DNA from: Mobula hypostoma
Taxonomy: Eukaryota
Direction: 5' to 3'
Assembly (NCBI RefSeq): GCF_963921235.1
Contig: NC_086108.1
Location: 69,938,001-70,002,000, forward strand
Length of the DNA stretch: 64,000 bases
Part shown: positions 37,000-50,800 of the stretch, in pieces
Layout of the letters: each line of letters opens with the position of its first letter
Numbering within the stretch: the stretch's first letter is position 1
Program-made: the position numbers and the translations under genes
Notes under the pieces: model-generated
Told to the model about the DNA's origin: nothing
Databases searched by the model: none
What the model saw: the letters and a program-made list of their open reading frames with translations, nothing else

Positions 37000-38538
37000 T
37001 TCCAAACTGGCTGGAGTGTTTACTGAGATCTTTAACCTCTCACTTTGGCAGTCAGAGGTACCCACCTGATTCAAGCAGGCTTCATTTATACTGGTGCCTA
37101 AGAAGGACATAGTAACCTGCCTCGATGACTGTCGTCCAGTAGCACTTTCCTCCACAGTGATGATATGTTTTAAGTGGTTGGTAATGAAACATATCAACTC
37201 CTGCCTGAGGAGCGACTTGGATCCTCTCCAATTTGACTACAGGAATGACAGAACAACAGCTCTTCACTCAAGACAAGAACATCTGGACAGCAAAAATGCA
37301 TACATCAAGTTGCTCTTTATCGACTATGGCTTGGTATTCAATACCATCATCTCAAAATGAATCAATAAGCTCCAAGACTTTTGCCTCAATAATTCCTAGT
37401 GCAATTGGATCCTTGATTTCCAAACTTGCAGATCCCGGTCAGTTTTGAACAGCAACATCTCATCCACAATCTCCATCAGCACAGTTGCACCACAAGGTTG
37501 TACTCACTATACACTTATGACTGTGTGACTAAGCACAGCTTCAATGCTATATTTAAGTTTGCTGACGACACCACTGTCATTGGCCGAATCAAAGGTGGTG
37601 ATGAAGCAGCAGATAGGAGTGAGACTGAAAATCTGGCTGAGTGGTTCTACAACAACAACCTCTTAATCAATGTCAGCAAGAGCATGCAGCTCCAGGAGAA
37701 GGAAACCAGAGGTCCAAGAACCAGTCCTCGTCAGAGGATCAGAAGGAGAGGGGGTTAACAACCTTAAAATGTTTGATGTTATTATTTAGGAGGACCTGTA
37801 CAGGGCCCAGCACAGAAATGCAATTATTAAGGAAGCACAGCAGCACCTCTACTTCTTTTGGAGTTTGCGAAGATTCGACATAACTAAAACTTTGACAAAT
37901 TGCTATAGATGTGTAGCAGAGAGAGTATATAGACTGGCTCTTTCACACACTGGTATGTAAACATCAATGCCCTTGGAACAGAAAATCTGACAAAAAGTAT
38001 GGATATGGCCCAGCCCATCACGAGTGAAAGTCCTTCACACCATTGAGCACATCTACACGAAATGTTGCAGTATCCATTATCCAGTTCCCCCCCCCCCCGC
38101 CTTTCCCCACCCAGGACATGTTCTCTTCTCACTGCCGTTATCAGGAAGAAGGTACAGGATCCTCAGGACTCACATCACCAGGTTCAGGAATAGTTATTAC
38201 CCCTCAACCATTAGGCTCTTGAACCAAAGGGGTTACTTCACTCATCTTCACTTGCCCCGTCATTGAAATGTTCCCAGAAACTTTGGACTCACTTTCACGA
38301 ACTCTTCTGCTCATGTTCTCGATATTTATTGCTTATTTATTTCTTTGTTATTATTATTTCTTTATTTTGTATTTGCACAGTTTGTTATCTTTTGCACACT
38401 GGTAGAACACCCATTGGGACAGTCTTTCATTAATTCTATTATGGATTTATCGAGTATGCCTGCAAAACAATGAATCTCTAGGTTGTATATAGTGACATTT
38501 ATGCACTTTGATAATAAATTTACTTTGAACTTTGAACT
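37000..38538 (+). mobile_element. Rex1/Babar non-LTR retrotransposon, 5'-truncated
   Basis: VPKKDIVTCLDDCRPVALSSTVMICF..., FKFADDTTVIGRI, RFRNSYYPSTIRLLN, tail aataaatttactttgaactttgaac. Confidence 0.85.
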
Positions 38539-39563
38539 GCATTTAGGTCAGATATGCAGCAAACAGTGTCATTCAATTTCAGTGCATTGGCTTTGAGTTT
38601 GTGCATCACATTCTACAGTGCTCAGAATTTACCCTAAAACAACAAATGACGCAAAATACCCTTTCTTGTTCTTTGTATAAACCCAAGGTCAAATTTTGTT
38701 TGCCTTCAATTTAATATCAAACATATGATCAAAGGGCCTGAGCATACTAACAGAATTCCCACTGCAATGGTCACACACTGAAAATAGTCAACCTGAGGCA
38801 GTGTAATGGGTTGATGTGCAGGAAATTTCCTTAGCAACTTACGTCCTTGGTTTGTTCTGCCATCTGTCAGCCAAGGAGGTCCCTGTGGAAATCTCTCTAT
38901 GTTGGGATCCCCCACCTTTGCAATGGAAACTTAGGTGGAGAGTGTTGCACAGAACCATCTCCTGGAACATATTTTTTTAGTTGCTTTTTCAATTCAAAGT
39001 GATCTGTCATTTCGACAGTTCTTATGTCCATGTTCTATGTATTTGCAGAATAGACAAAGTTGTAGCCTCTCTTTGAATATTTAAAGGAGTTGTGCCTCAA
39101 ATTTTGATGCCACCTCAGGCCAATGTAACAAACCTTTGAGTACCTTGTGTAGAATGGGATAGATCTGCTGGCATGGCCCTTTGTCAAGTTGCTTCAAGAC
39201 CTTCCTAGATGGCTTATACACAAAGCAATACACTGCAGCATTATGAGGCTCATCCATCCCCACTGTCTCACCTACTGAAGTTACATTCAATGTCCAGTAT
39301 CTTTGGAGAGGGACAACACAACATCCACTGGAAACCTACAGGTACAAAAAGGAAAAGGTCAACACGATATTGCCAGGACCCTGCCTCCCTCTCTCCCTGG
39401 AGTTAACCATTATCTGAGACACAGTAGGTTATAGCCACTCCATACAGAATCCTTGCCTAATTACCACATCCTAGAAATAGGTCACATCTATTCTTATATC
39501 TGAACTAAAGTATAACATTGCAGCTTCTACCTAATCCTCATATCCAATTTTCAGCTTCTAGCT

Positions 39564-39634
39564 CAGGGGCTCCCAACCTGACCCTTTAGTTAATAGTAGG
39601 GGTCCAAGGCATCAAGAAAGGTTGGGGAGCCCTG
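39564..39634. mobile_element. 71-bp hAT-Charlie-type MITE
   Basis: TIRs caggggctcccaacct / aggttggggagccctg; 8-bp TSD ttctagct (39556-39563) / atctagct (39635-39642). Confidence 0.8.
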
Positions 39635-40211
39635 ATCTAGCTGATAGACCTTTTTGAACCCTGGTGCTGTCACGAATGCTGTTGCATCTTCATCACTGCA
39701 GTTATTAGGATGGACAGAAGCCGAATTGTGAATGAACAACTCAGAGGTCAGATGGAAGAGACAGTGCTAAGATCTTTCCAATGTATGCATCTAGAGTTCC
39801 ACCTGCTCTTGTATCTGATTTCATTAACTGCAACCAAGAAACAGATAATGATACTTCATGTAAGGTAGTCATTGGAAGGAGAGGATTGTTTGGATTCAGG
39901 ATGGAAAAGGCAAGGCAAGACAACTAAAAAAGGAAAAGCCATATGCCTTTTTGCACAATGGTGTCAGTAGGCAACTGGGCAATAATGAATAACAATTTCT
40001 AAAAATTATATTGCATTAACAAATATGAATAAATAATAATAGTATACCAAACATTACAATAATTCATGACTTAGCATTGTTTCTTTAGTCAGATATTTGT
40101 AACCCAAACATAATAGGTATAATTTTTTATTTTGAAAACAAGTCACCACATTGCCAGCAGATGGAGTCAAAATATCATATTTTACTGGAAGGAACAGATA
40201 AACATTCATTA

Positions 40212-41860
40212 TTTCTTTATCAAACTTTTTATTAATTTTTTAAAAAGTACAAACAAGAGAAGAATTACCACAAATATCTATATCAATAACAATACATATA
40301 AAAGGTAAAATAAACATTATCAAGATCATACATAGTATTAATCTAATAATATATAATAAAAAATAAGATAGTCAATTCTCCTCTTATTATTTCATAAAAA
40401 GATAAAGAAACTTTTATAATTTTTTATATATAAAAAATGAACCCCACTATTCTCTATAAACAAAAACAAAAGGTAAAAAATAGAAAAGGGAAAAAAAGGG
40501 ACTGGGCAGCCCATACTGAGAGTAAAAGCAAGAAGAAAGAGGAACTTTCTGATCAAATCCAAGTTTTGAGAAAGTAACTTGAAGAGCAATAAATCAAACC
40601 ATATGAAAATATTGAATAAAAGGTGGCCAGATTTCTTCAAATTTAAAGGATGTATCAAATGTCCGACTTCTTATTTTCTCTAAACTTAGGACATAATGGA
40701 GGAAAGCCAATAAAAAACAGTGGGTGGATTAGAATCCTTCCATTTAAGCAAAATGGCTCTCCTAGCCAATAAAGTTGTAAAAGCTATCATCCGTTGAGCG
40801 GAAATAGGTATATATCCTGCTTCCATTGGAATAATCACAAAGATTGCTGTAAATAAGTTTGGTTGTAGGTCCAAATTCAAGACTTTTGATAAAGTTTTAA
40901 AGACGTCTTTCCAAAAATTATCTACCTTGATACAAGACCAAAACATATGAGTTAAAGTAGCCACCTCAATATTGCATCTGTCACAAATAGGATTAATATT
41001 GGGAAAAATACGGGCTAATTTATCCTTTGACATATGTGCCCAATGTACTACCTTGAACTGTATCAAGGAGTGATGGGCACAAATAGATAAAGTATTTACC
41101 AAATAAAAAATTTTATCCATTGATTATCTGAAAGAGACTCTCAAAATTCCAATTCTCATGCACCTTTAATTTTATCGTTAGATACCTTTCACAAATTCAA
41201 TAACCATTTATAAATTATAGCTATCAGTCCCTTTTGAAATGGTTTAACCTGAAAAAGAGTATCTATCATATTGGGTGGGTAAGCAGAGGGAAAATTTGGA
41301 AGTAAACTACATAAAAAATTCCTAATTTGTAAATATCTAAAAAAGTTTGCATTAGATAAGTCATATTTGTCCACTGAGTGAAAGACATTAAACAATCCCC
41401 CATAAACAAATCTAAAAAAGTTATTATTCCTTTGGTTTTCCAAATTAAAAAGGTCTGATCGGAAATTGAATAATTTAGATCGATTTTACTAGAAAGAACA
41501 AAATTATTAAACTCAAAAAATCTACGAAACTGAAACCAAATTCTTAATGTATGTTTTATAATGGGATCGAGGTCTCGTCTACCAATCTTAGAAAGCAAAA
41601 AAAGAGGAGCTCCCAGTAAAGAGGCCAAAGAATACCCCTTCACCGAGTTTTTCTCCAAATCCACCCATAAAGGACAGTCATATGTGTCTGAATAATGAGT
41701 CCAAAATGAAATATATCGAATATTAATTGCCCAGTAATGCATTCTAAAATTTGACAAAGCCATACCACTATGCTTTTTTTAATTTCTGCAATAGAGGTTT
41801 ACTCAATCTAGTATTTTTATTTCAAATATAAGATAAAGTTTTACAGTCTATTCTATCAAA
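40212..41860 (-). mobile_element. L1-clade LINE 3' fragment (ORF2 C-terminus and 3' UTR)
   Basis: ALSNFRMHYWA, FFRYLQIRNF, IQFKVVH, CDRC.....TLTHMFWSC zinc-finger; AATAAA-like signal near 40230 on minus strand. Confidence 0.85.
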
Positions 41861-42089
41861 AAACAGTAAAGGAAGGGATTGCTGATACAGACAAATCCCT
41901 ACATAGATTTTTCATTTTGCCATTTAAAAAAAAATATTTAAAAAAATTTAATTTGAGTTGCTACTCAACAGCTTGATCAAGTTAGGATTTTCTGCAGGCA
42001 GGTTATTACTAAAATATTAGTATATTCATCACTTTCTGGAATTTGGATCCGTGGATGGTAGAGTCGGAAAATATTTTACTTTTCTGCCT

Positions 42090-42810
42090 GTGTAGTGCTA
42101 GTGGAACCAATGCAAAATTAAGGATAAGAATCTTTGAAGACCGCAATCTACAGGTCCAAACAAAACTTTTGATCTATAGCGCAGTCGTCTTCCTTTCATT
42201 ACTGCATGGAACTGAACATTGGATCACCTACGGTAGACACCTGAAAGCCCTGGAACAATACCACCAAAGATTGAGGATCAGCTGGAAGGATCGATGCACT
42301 AACACCAGTGTACTGGAGGAGGCCAATGTGAACAGCATCTCCACCATGATAAAGCAGCACCTACTCTGATGGATAGATCATGTCACCCAGATGCCTAACT
42401 CACATCTCCCCAAACAGAGCCTTTACTCCCAGTTGAAGGAAGGTCAATAAGCACTTGGTGGGAAAGAAATGCTTCAAAGATAACATCAAAATCAGCCTAA
42501 AGATATCCAACATTACATCAAAAAACTGGGAAGACATTGTACTCAATAGATACACCTGGAGGAAATCTGTTCAAGAGGCAGCTGTGCTACATGAGAGCAG
42601 CCTCTGCTGTGTTGCAGAGAACAAGTGGCAGCTGCAAAAGGAGAGAGTGAACAACAAAAAGACCCAGCCACTAACCACAATCACCATTTACTCATGCCCA
42701 CACTGCACCAGAATTTGTAGATCCCATTTTAGCATCTCCAGCTACCCAGGGACCTACCAATAGACACCTCCTTAGAAGAATAACATACTTGACTTGAGTA
42801 ATCACACTAT
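42090..42810 (+). mobile_element. RTE LINE 3' fragment
   Basis: KLRIRIFEDRNL..QTKLLIY.AVV...RHLKALEQYHQ...ISWKDR.TNTSVLEEAN, KCFKDNIK, CPHCTRICRSH. Confidence 0.8.
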
Positions 42811-43666
42811 TGTGATTATTTTTCTTCCAGGAGGTTCAGGTGAATAAGCTTGTTGAGAAGAGTCAACTATTCTCAAAAGGACTGCCATATAGTTCAATGA
42901 TAAATCTAAATTAGCACCACTGGGAGGGAGATTTCATCTTATGCTTCAACATGTCACAGAACGAAAATGCAAATTTGTAACAGTAGACCAGACTCTCTAC
43001 CACCATTTAACTCAGCTTGTTCAGGATGGACACTGGAACTTAATTATATGATTACTCCTTCAGTAAAATCTTGAATACCAAAAATAAGTTAAGCCAGTCC
43101 CCTCATATCACTTCTAGTCATAATTGCAATTGTCACTCTTTACTGAGATTGATGCCAGATTCTTCTTTTATTGACAATCAGTTTCTCCCTCCCCACCCCA
43201 GCCCCCGGAGCTTAGAGAGAAGAATTCTGGCACTGTTTCACAGAAATAGCACCATGGACAATAAATGTAAACATGCAAGTAAAAATTCATGAAAATAGCA
43301 TATAGTAGTCTGATTATCAAAGAGGTGATGGACCAGGGCATGATCCTATCATTAGCCTCCTTAAGAGAAAAACTTTCATGGCACAATAGGATTGGCATAT
43401 GAATCAGATTCCTCAGTGCATCTTTACTATTGGCAGAAAGGTAAATTGGCACATTCTAGAGCTGCTGCTTTAGGTACATTAGAAGCATAGGAAAAGGAAC
43501 CATGGCTGGAGCAGAAGAACTATGTTTAGAAAGGATGGGGGAAGAGAGGTTAAAAATGATCAAGTCTCCAAATTTCTCATAGTTTGTGATGGACATCATG
43601 TTTTGTTACAGAGAAAAGTAGGGTATCAAGGCTCATAGAGCAAAGGCAGTAAATATAATTGAGATG

Positions 43667-44507
43667 GCACATGAAGGCTGACGGCTGCCGCTGGGTAGTC
43701 ACTGCCGCAGCATTCCTTCTCTCTCTTCTGTCCGACCACAGTCGAGTTCGTTTTTCCTCTGCATTGGTCATGCCTGTACGTACAGCCTGTCACCAGGTGC
43801 AGTGATTTGCAGCTGTCTCTTCCCAAGTGTCCACCCTGATATCAGCAGACTTCAGATCACGTTGACAAACGTCCCTGTAACGCAGCAGTAGGCGCCCTAC
43901 GGGCCGGGATTTTTTAATTTCATGATTATTATGTAATTCTATAATATGAGTTTTCACTTCTAAATTTTAAGGCAAATTAAATCATTTAAATTAATCATGC
44001 CAAAGGTTTGTGAAAAATTTCCTAAATAATTAACTATCAAAAACATCATTCATTTATGCAACACCTTTTACATCGTAAAAATGTCTCATGGCACATTACA
44101 CAAGTAATCTTAAATAAGCTGTCTGTGCATTGAACAAGGGGGATATTTAAAAAGCAGCTCGTGTGAGGAATGAGAGGTGAAGATGTTTATCATACTGCAG
44201 CCAACTGCATAAAAGTACTGCAGATACAGTATCTTAGATTGCAAGCTGTAGATAGGAAAGGACAAGACCATAAAGGAATTTTAAAACTGAGCATTGCTTA
44301 AGTAGAAGTCTATGTAAGCACAAGGGTCATGGGTGAATTAAGACAAGAATAGCAGAAAATTGGATGATTACAGAGTGTAGAACAAGGAATATTGGCCAGA
44401 GGTACATTGGATTAGTCAAACCCGGAGGTAATTAAGTATAAATGAAGGTTTGATTGCACGTAAGCAAAGATAGAGAAGAGCCTAGCAAAAGAAAGGAGGT
44501 GGAAGCA
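43667..44507 (+). repeat. Derived copy of 36138-36980 flanked by a target-site duplication
   Basis: gtaaatataattgagatggca occurs at 43649-43669 and 44516-44536. Confidence 0.93.
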
Positions 44508-45248
44508 CAAAGGAGGTAAATATAATTGAGATGGCATGGGGAAGTGCTCCAAGTGAATGATTGATCAAGATTGAGTGTATGAGATATTATTAATTTTAAA
44601 AATCCTAATTAAACCATCCAATTTAAACTTTGTCTTCATTTTTAAATTTACCAGAGCAAAATAATACTTGGTTAAACATGCAAAGAAAATTTATCCAGAA
44701 TTGTGTTGTTCCTGGAAAGAAATTTTTGAATTAGTCTAGAAATCGATAAGGAAATATTAAATGATGTATTTTATATAATTTCAATGTCATTTCATTATGA
44801 AACTACTGGCAAATAATTTAGAAATTGTTTTAACAGCCCATGTTTAATCCTTGACAAAACACCATTAAACTTTGATTGAAAAAAATGGACATAATTAAAC
44901 GATTTGCAAAGCCACAAGTACAAGTTTTTTTTGTGACATCAAAAATTTTCCTTAAAGTTCTGTTACAAAGTTCAGCAGAGCGCTGAAGAATAAAACACAG
45001 TTATAAGAATTCCAGACTTGGTTCATACCTTTTAAACTTTATTTTTAAAAATACACATAAAAATATAAAAACATGCCCACTTTTCAAGCTGTCATCAAGA
45101 TAAATCTGAAGCTGAAATCATCCACTAAGCAAGCATCTCATAATCTTACACTTTTAAGATAATGAAGAAAAATCCTAAGAGCATGATATGAAATTTTCCT
45201 TCAAGTATATTTAAACATTACAAATATCAACAGGAGCAACTCTCAATA

Positions 45249-46036
45249 CAGTGAATTCCGGTTAGTTGGGCTATCGGCTAATCAGTGCAGCCACTTGATT
45301 TGGGCCACCTCTTAAAGAACAAAAAATAATCAAGAAAATAGCCTGGCTTCCGTTTGTTTATTTGGGAAACTATGCTATTTAATTGGGGCAGGAGACTGTT
45401 GCCAAACAGTTTCTAACTAGTGTCAAACATACTATTATGTGCTTAGAGCAAACAGTTTTTAAATAGCATCAGTTACATGTGCTTATTTTCAAAAAGCAGT
45501 GATTTCTGCCACTGCTAGTTGGCAAGAAATAAACAGTATGACAATTCAGAACTGTTATGCTCATTGCAGTTTCAAGAATTCAGTCTTGGAGACGCCAGGA
45601 ATGGCCGAGAGTGAAAAATGAAACAATTTCACTACTTCAACAAGTTAGGCACTACAAAGAATCTAAAGGCATCGACAACTTGAATGTTACAAGGAAGTTA
45701 GGGGATGAAATTGTTGATAGCATTTTATGAAGGCATTTCATTATCTACATGAGATGTCTGCACTGCTTTCGTTAAGAGAACGCAACAGCATATCTGAATT
45801 TCTCTGTCAATTACTATTAGTAACTAAAACACAGTTTTATAGTACTGTAGCAGAATTGATGGTGTTCTAATGTATTCTGTATTGTATTTAAATACATAAT
45901 TTGTTACTCAGTTAAATGGTAGTCTGTCTTTTTATACATTTTTTACTGTTTCCATGAAACTTCTGCTAATTGTGCAACTGCTTAATTGAGCCAAAATGTA
46001 TGGTCCGAATGTGTCCCAATTAACCACAATCCATTG
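45249..46036 (+). mobile_element. Non-autonomous Tc1/pogo (Tigger-like) DNA transposon
   Basis: ta|cagtgaattccggttagttggg ... cccaattaaccacaatccattg|ta: TIRs with TA TSD; paralogous to 17146-17922. Confidence 0.8.
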
Positions 46037-47452
46037 TATTTCAAATGCTTACTACTAACGTACAACATTCAGGTTTACACTTCATCTTGAACTTTACCTA
46101 AATATTGTTTAAATAATTTTATGCTCACTAAGCTATAATAAGAAATATTTCAATAATACAATAACTTGAGTAATATTATGGATTTAATTTTTCAACATCT
46201 AATTATTTGTACCTGTATATCAAATTCAAATCAAAATTTATTATCTCAATTTTATATAAAACACAACTAATATTGTTAAAATAATCTAAATTATTTTCTT
46301 CACAAAAGCAACATCTCAATCTTCTGAAGAGGAAATCTCAGATTTAATTTTTAATGTATCTTTGAATTGTAAAACTACACTAAGCCTGATTCTTCTTCAC
46401 AATGAAATTATTTGTATGCAATTTGTGTGAAACATTATATCCAAAGCACATCATTCTTTATGTATATAAGAGTCATCAAACCTGAGAGGTTAACAGTAAG
46501 TACCTATCCACTTTTAAACTATGTTGTGCGGCCAGAAAAAGGTCCACTATTGCAGCATAATGGATAAGTCTAGAGAGGAGGGTGGAATAGAGATCTGTGT
46601 CAACAGTTCTTCATTTAACCATTTAATAAGTTTTCCTGAAGGTTGGGTAATTGTATACAATATAGGGCAGCAATCAATAGAAAGAAAAACATAAATATAA
46701 TCAGCACATATGTGTTAGATTGTTTGTACAGAGGCTTCTCCCTGGTTAAATACTTCCCTGCAAGCAATCTTTGTTTCACATCATAAATATTTGTGTCAAT
46801 AATATATTATGGTATTTGGTATCAGCAAAACACACAGATTGCTAACATTATAATGCTTAATGTTACAACTGGTTATGATATTAAAAGTTTAAAAAAATAT
46901 TTAAATAAAAATATCTTTGACAATCATCTAAGATTAGTCTGAAAATTTGAAGTGTAACAGGATTGTAATTTATACTTGTTTGGTAGGATTTCCAAAAATT
47001 TGAGAGTCTCCAGTTCTGTTTATGACAAGCTAGAAGAGGGAACAAATAACAAAATAAAACAAAAGTTGATTATAATAATAGAAGTTGATAACACAGTGGC
47101 ATAACACCAAAAGTTATTAACAGAACACTTAAATTCAGCCACAAACAGGACAATTAGTTACAAGCAACCCTCAGAGGGTTTGAGTTCCTAGAAGATAGCC
47201 CATTACAACATTCTATAATGCAGACACCCTTTACCATTGATTTCCATGTTATAAGCAGAGCCACATTCCTCTGAAATGATTTTGTCTAATATTAAGCCAT
47301 TTTGTCAGCAATTATAATAGAACCCACAGCTATTATTTAACAGTTCAGGCCAGCATTTGACTCATGGGGAGTAGATGGCTTGTGTAAAAGAAGCAACATT
47401 TTTTTTATTTTCTAGTTGCTCAATCATGTGAGGCAGGAAGACTTGGAAATGA

Positions 47453-47875
47453 CATCACTGCGTCAATTGGTATGGCAGTCACAGCAGAGTCATTCTTTTG
47501 CCAAGTCCTCTCCAATTCAAGGACACATGGATGAATGCCCCAGAGTACAGCACTGCTGCGCTCTTCAACCATGAAGCATTTTCTCTGACGCATTTGGCTC
47601 ATGGTTTAAGAAAGGTTTAGGAAGTGATAAGAATTCAGGGGGTTACTAGGTTAAGCGCCACAACTTAGTGGAAGTCAGTAAAAGCCAAGGGATTATTTTA
47701 AGACGCTAGTCATGGCCACTGTGATTCCTCACACTGCAGCACATCTGAGAAAATACCTCATGGATGGAGAACACGGCAGTGCTGCACTCTGAGATGTCTG
47801 TTCACATATCCTTGGACTGGAGATGCTGTGGCAGAGGGACTCAGTGTGATTGCTAACCCAACTGATGGGTGAAGG
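47453..47875. repeat. Old imperfect inverted repeat (possible decayed MITE)
   Basis: Core 47541-47590 is the reverse complement of 47742-47791 with 10 mismatches in 50; weaker pairing extends outward. Confidence 0.7.
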
Positions 47876-50800
47876 TACTGACAGACTAAAAACAAGATTT
47901 GACAAAATTTGTTAATGCTTTAGCTTTTTATTTTTGGTTATTTATTCTTCACTGACATAAATTCAGTAACTCAAATTTTGGGTAACAATTTGTAAATTGC
48001 TTAAGGGTGAATTTTTGTAACCCAAATAACTGTAACACAAGAATCACCTTGTTGCTATGCTACAGAGAGAAATAATGTGAGTATATATCTCCAAGCATCT
48101 GGTTTCTGAGCTTGACATAACTTGATAGCTTATCCAGGTGAATGAGGAGTCAAATGGACAGAGCCTATATATGTAAACAGGAAGAAAATGTCTGAAATAA
48201 AACAGTCAATCTTAAAAGAAAAGACGATGAAGATACTCAATGTCTATCATAGTCTTGTTTAAATCAATAAAAATAGATGGGGAGAAAAAGTTGTTATATA
48301 TCAGTGAGTTTGCATATTTTGAACTTTTCATGTATGCAAGCAAAACTGAATTAAATGTGCAGAGCTTATTGAAAACAATGAAAAAACTCTGCTCAAAAAA
48401 TTAACAAACTCCTGAATAATTAGATCTTATCATCAATGAATATTTGTATCCTAGTGTATCCAGCCTTATTGAAACATGCTGTGTCGCTGCATTGCAGTGC
48501 ACTTTGCTATTGTACTTTTCTTGGCTAGAAATTGTGATTATATTGATTATACCTGACTACTGGAACATGATGTTTAATCTGAATTTTCCAAATCCAGAAA
48601 TAATCACATTATAATAAGGCTATAATTTGGCTGTTTCTGGATTTGAAAAAATTCAACCCAATGCTTTAATATCCAGACATTAGGGTCACCTAAATAAAAT
48701 TTTTAAAAATCAATACATTTGCTTACTCATTAAAGATGACAAAACTGTTAGCTTTTCACAAGCTTTATTAATGATTTGATTTCGAGAAGTGAAATTCATG
48801 TCACCAAATCTGCTGATAAAACAGAACTAGGTGAAATTGTGAATGAAATAAGGGGACTTCAAAGGGATAAAGACACTCGAAGGAAGTGGTCAGAAACATA
48901 GCAAATGGAATATATTCTGAAAAAAATTGTGAAGTTATCAATTTTTAAAATCTAAACAGCCAATAAAAAGTAATTAATGGACTACTGATATGCAGCAAGC
49001 TTTGCAGAGCATATATTAAGCAAAAAGGAATTAAAAAAAGAGATGCTGAAGGAAGGTATAACACTGTTTATCATTTGCTGATTATACCATCATTTGGAAA
49101 CAGAGTGCATTTGCAAATGCCTTTTTGCCTACTCACTAAAACAGGCTAAAGTGGACCATAGTAGTAACATCAGGATTTGTAACTGCTTAGATACACCAGG
49201 ATTTTGGTGAGTGGATAAGGTTAAAATCTATTTGTGTATGTCATTGTTAAAATGAAGTTGAACAGGAGGTACTGAGGATAAATTGAAGTATTTCAGTTGG
49301 ACTACAGATAATTGGAGGGAATGATTGTTTCTTGACATCTATAAAGACAACCATGGATTCTCAGATTAAAAAGATTCAGAAATTGCTAAAATTTTTAAAA
49401 AGACACCTAATTAAACGCAAAATGAAAAATATCCACAAGAAAACAAGGATCCAATAACAGGCACAAGGAGTGCAACCCCTCAATTTGGAAGACATTAGAT
49501 CATTTTATAACGTTAAAGTTTGGACCCAACCCATTTAGGCCTTCTTTTAAAGTGAGCTCATCTTCTTTCTTATCATGAGCAAATCCACTGCATTTTCTAG
49601 TTCAAAATGAGGAAAAACAAAGATGGGTATCGTTTAATAATTTAGATTTCCTTGCCTCTTACACAAATACTTCTGCCTCTAGCAGTTGAATCAGGTGAGG
49701 GTGAGAATTGTTAATTGCCTTCATCGGGAGAATCAATGCGTATATTATCACATTGCCTAGTATAATGTAACATAAAATATCTAAATGCATTAACATTAAA
49801 TACTTTGTAATAACATCCATTTTCATTTAATACGGAAATCAGACACAAAGTTTTGCCATTGCAAATGATCTCCTGCAAGTGGGAATGTTGTAGTGCCAAC
49901 ACAAATGGGAGAGGGAGTCTAATTACAATCAATGTACAAATAAGACAGAAGTTCGTGCTAAATAGCACCCAGAAGCAAATAGACAATTTTGCTGCTCGTG
50001 GCTAGACACAAGCAGAAAACTAAAATAATTTTTGGAACTGTGACCATTGAAAGTGTGTGAGAAGTGAATCAAAATTCTTGGTACTTACATGTTATTTTGC
50101 TTCCAACAACTTTAAATCAGATTATCTTTTTGAATTTCTTTCCATACAGTTCTATAAGGTGAATTTGTAATTCCTAATTTGACAACATTCCTGTTTTGTT
50201 CCTTTTGGAGAAACTAGTGGCTGTATGACCAGGAAGTAAATTATCATCCTCTTGAAAAATAAAAATGCACACTCTCATTTAAAAACTTATGTCTTGTGTA
50301 GATAATACATGAGAAGTCATGTGAAAATTTTCATCATCCAAACAGATTCAGACTAAGTCAGTATTATCACAGACTAAATGGGGTGGAAGTCAAACAAGTA
50401 ATTAACTTATTATGCTTTTTAGCCAGTAATAAAGGCATGCATAGAACATATACAGAGATGATGAGATAATAGCTGGAAGATAGCTGAAATAGCTGAAATT
50501 TACATACACGCAACTTTATTTTCATATTGCACTTATTTGGCCTTACTTTTGCTCTGAATAGGATGTTAGTTTGAAAATTGGAAAGCAGAGCAGTCAGTTT
50601 TTAATGGATTTATGCATTTATATGAAAGAAGTGGGAAACATTTGCCTTTATACAAATTACTGCGTCGTACATTGAATATCTTGTCTCTTCATCTAATTCC
50701 AACACTATTCCAACAATAAGCTGGAAGACAGGAGATCAGATATAAATTTGACCCATGACCACATTAAATACTGCAAATCTTGTAAAACCTTAAATTCTAA

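Noticed and set aside
49601..49694. Plus-strand exon-like segment encoding a signal-peptide-like MRKNKDGYRLII*ISLPLTQILLPLAVES
   Set aside because: Has an in-frame stop and no convincing downstream exon; cannot be distinguished from chance.
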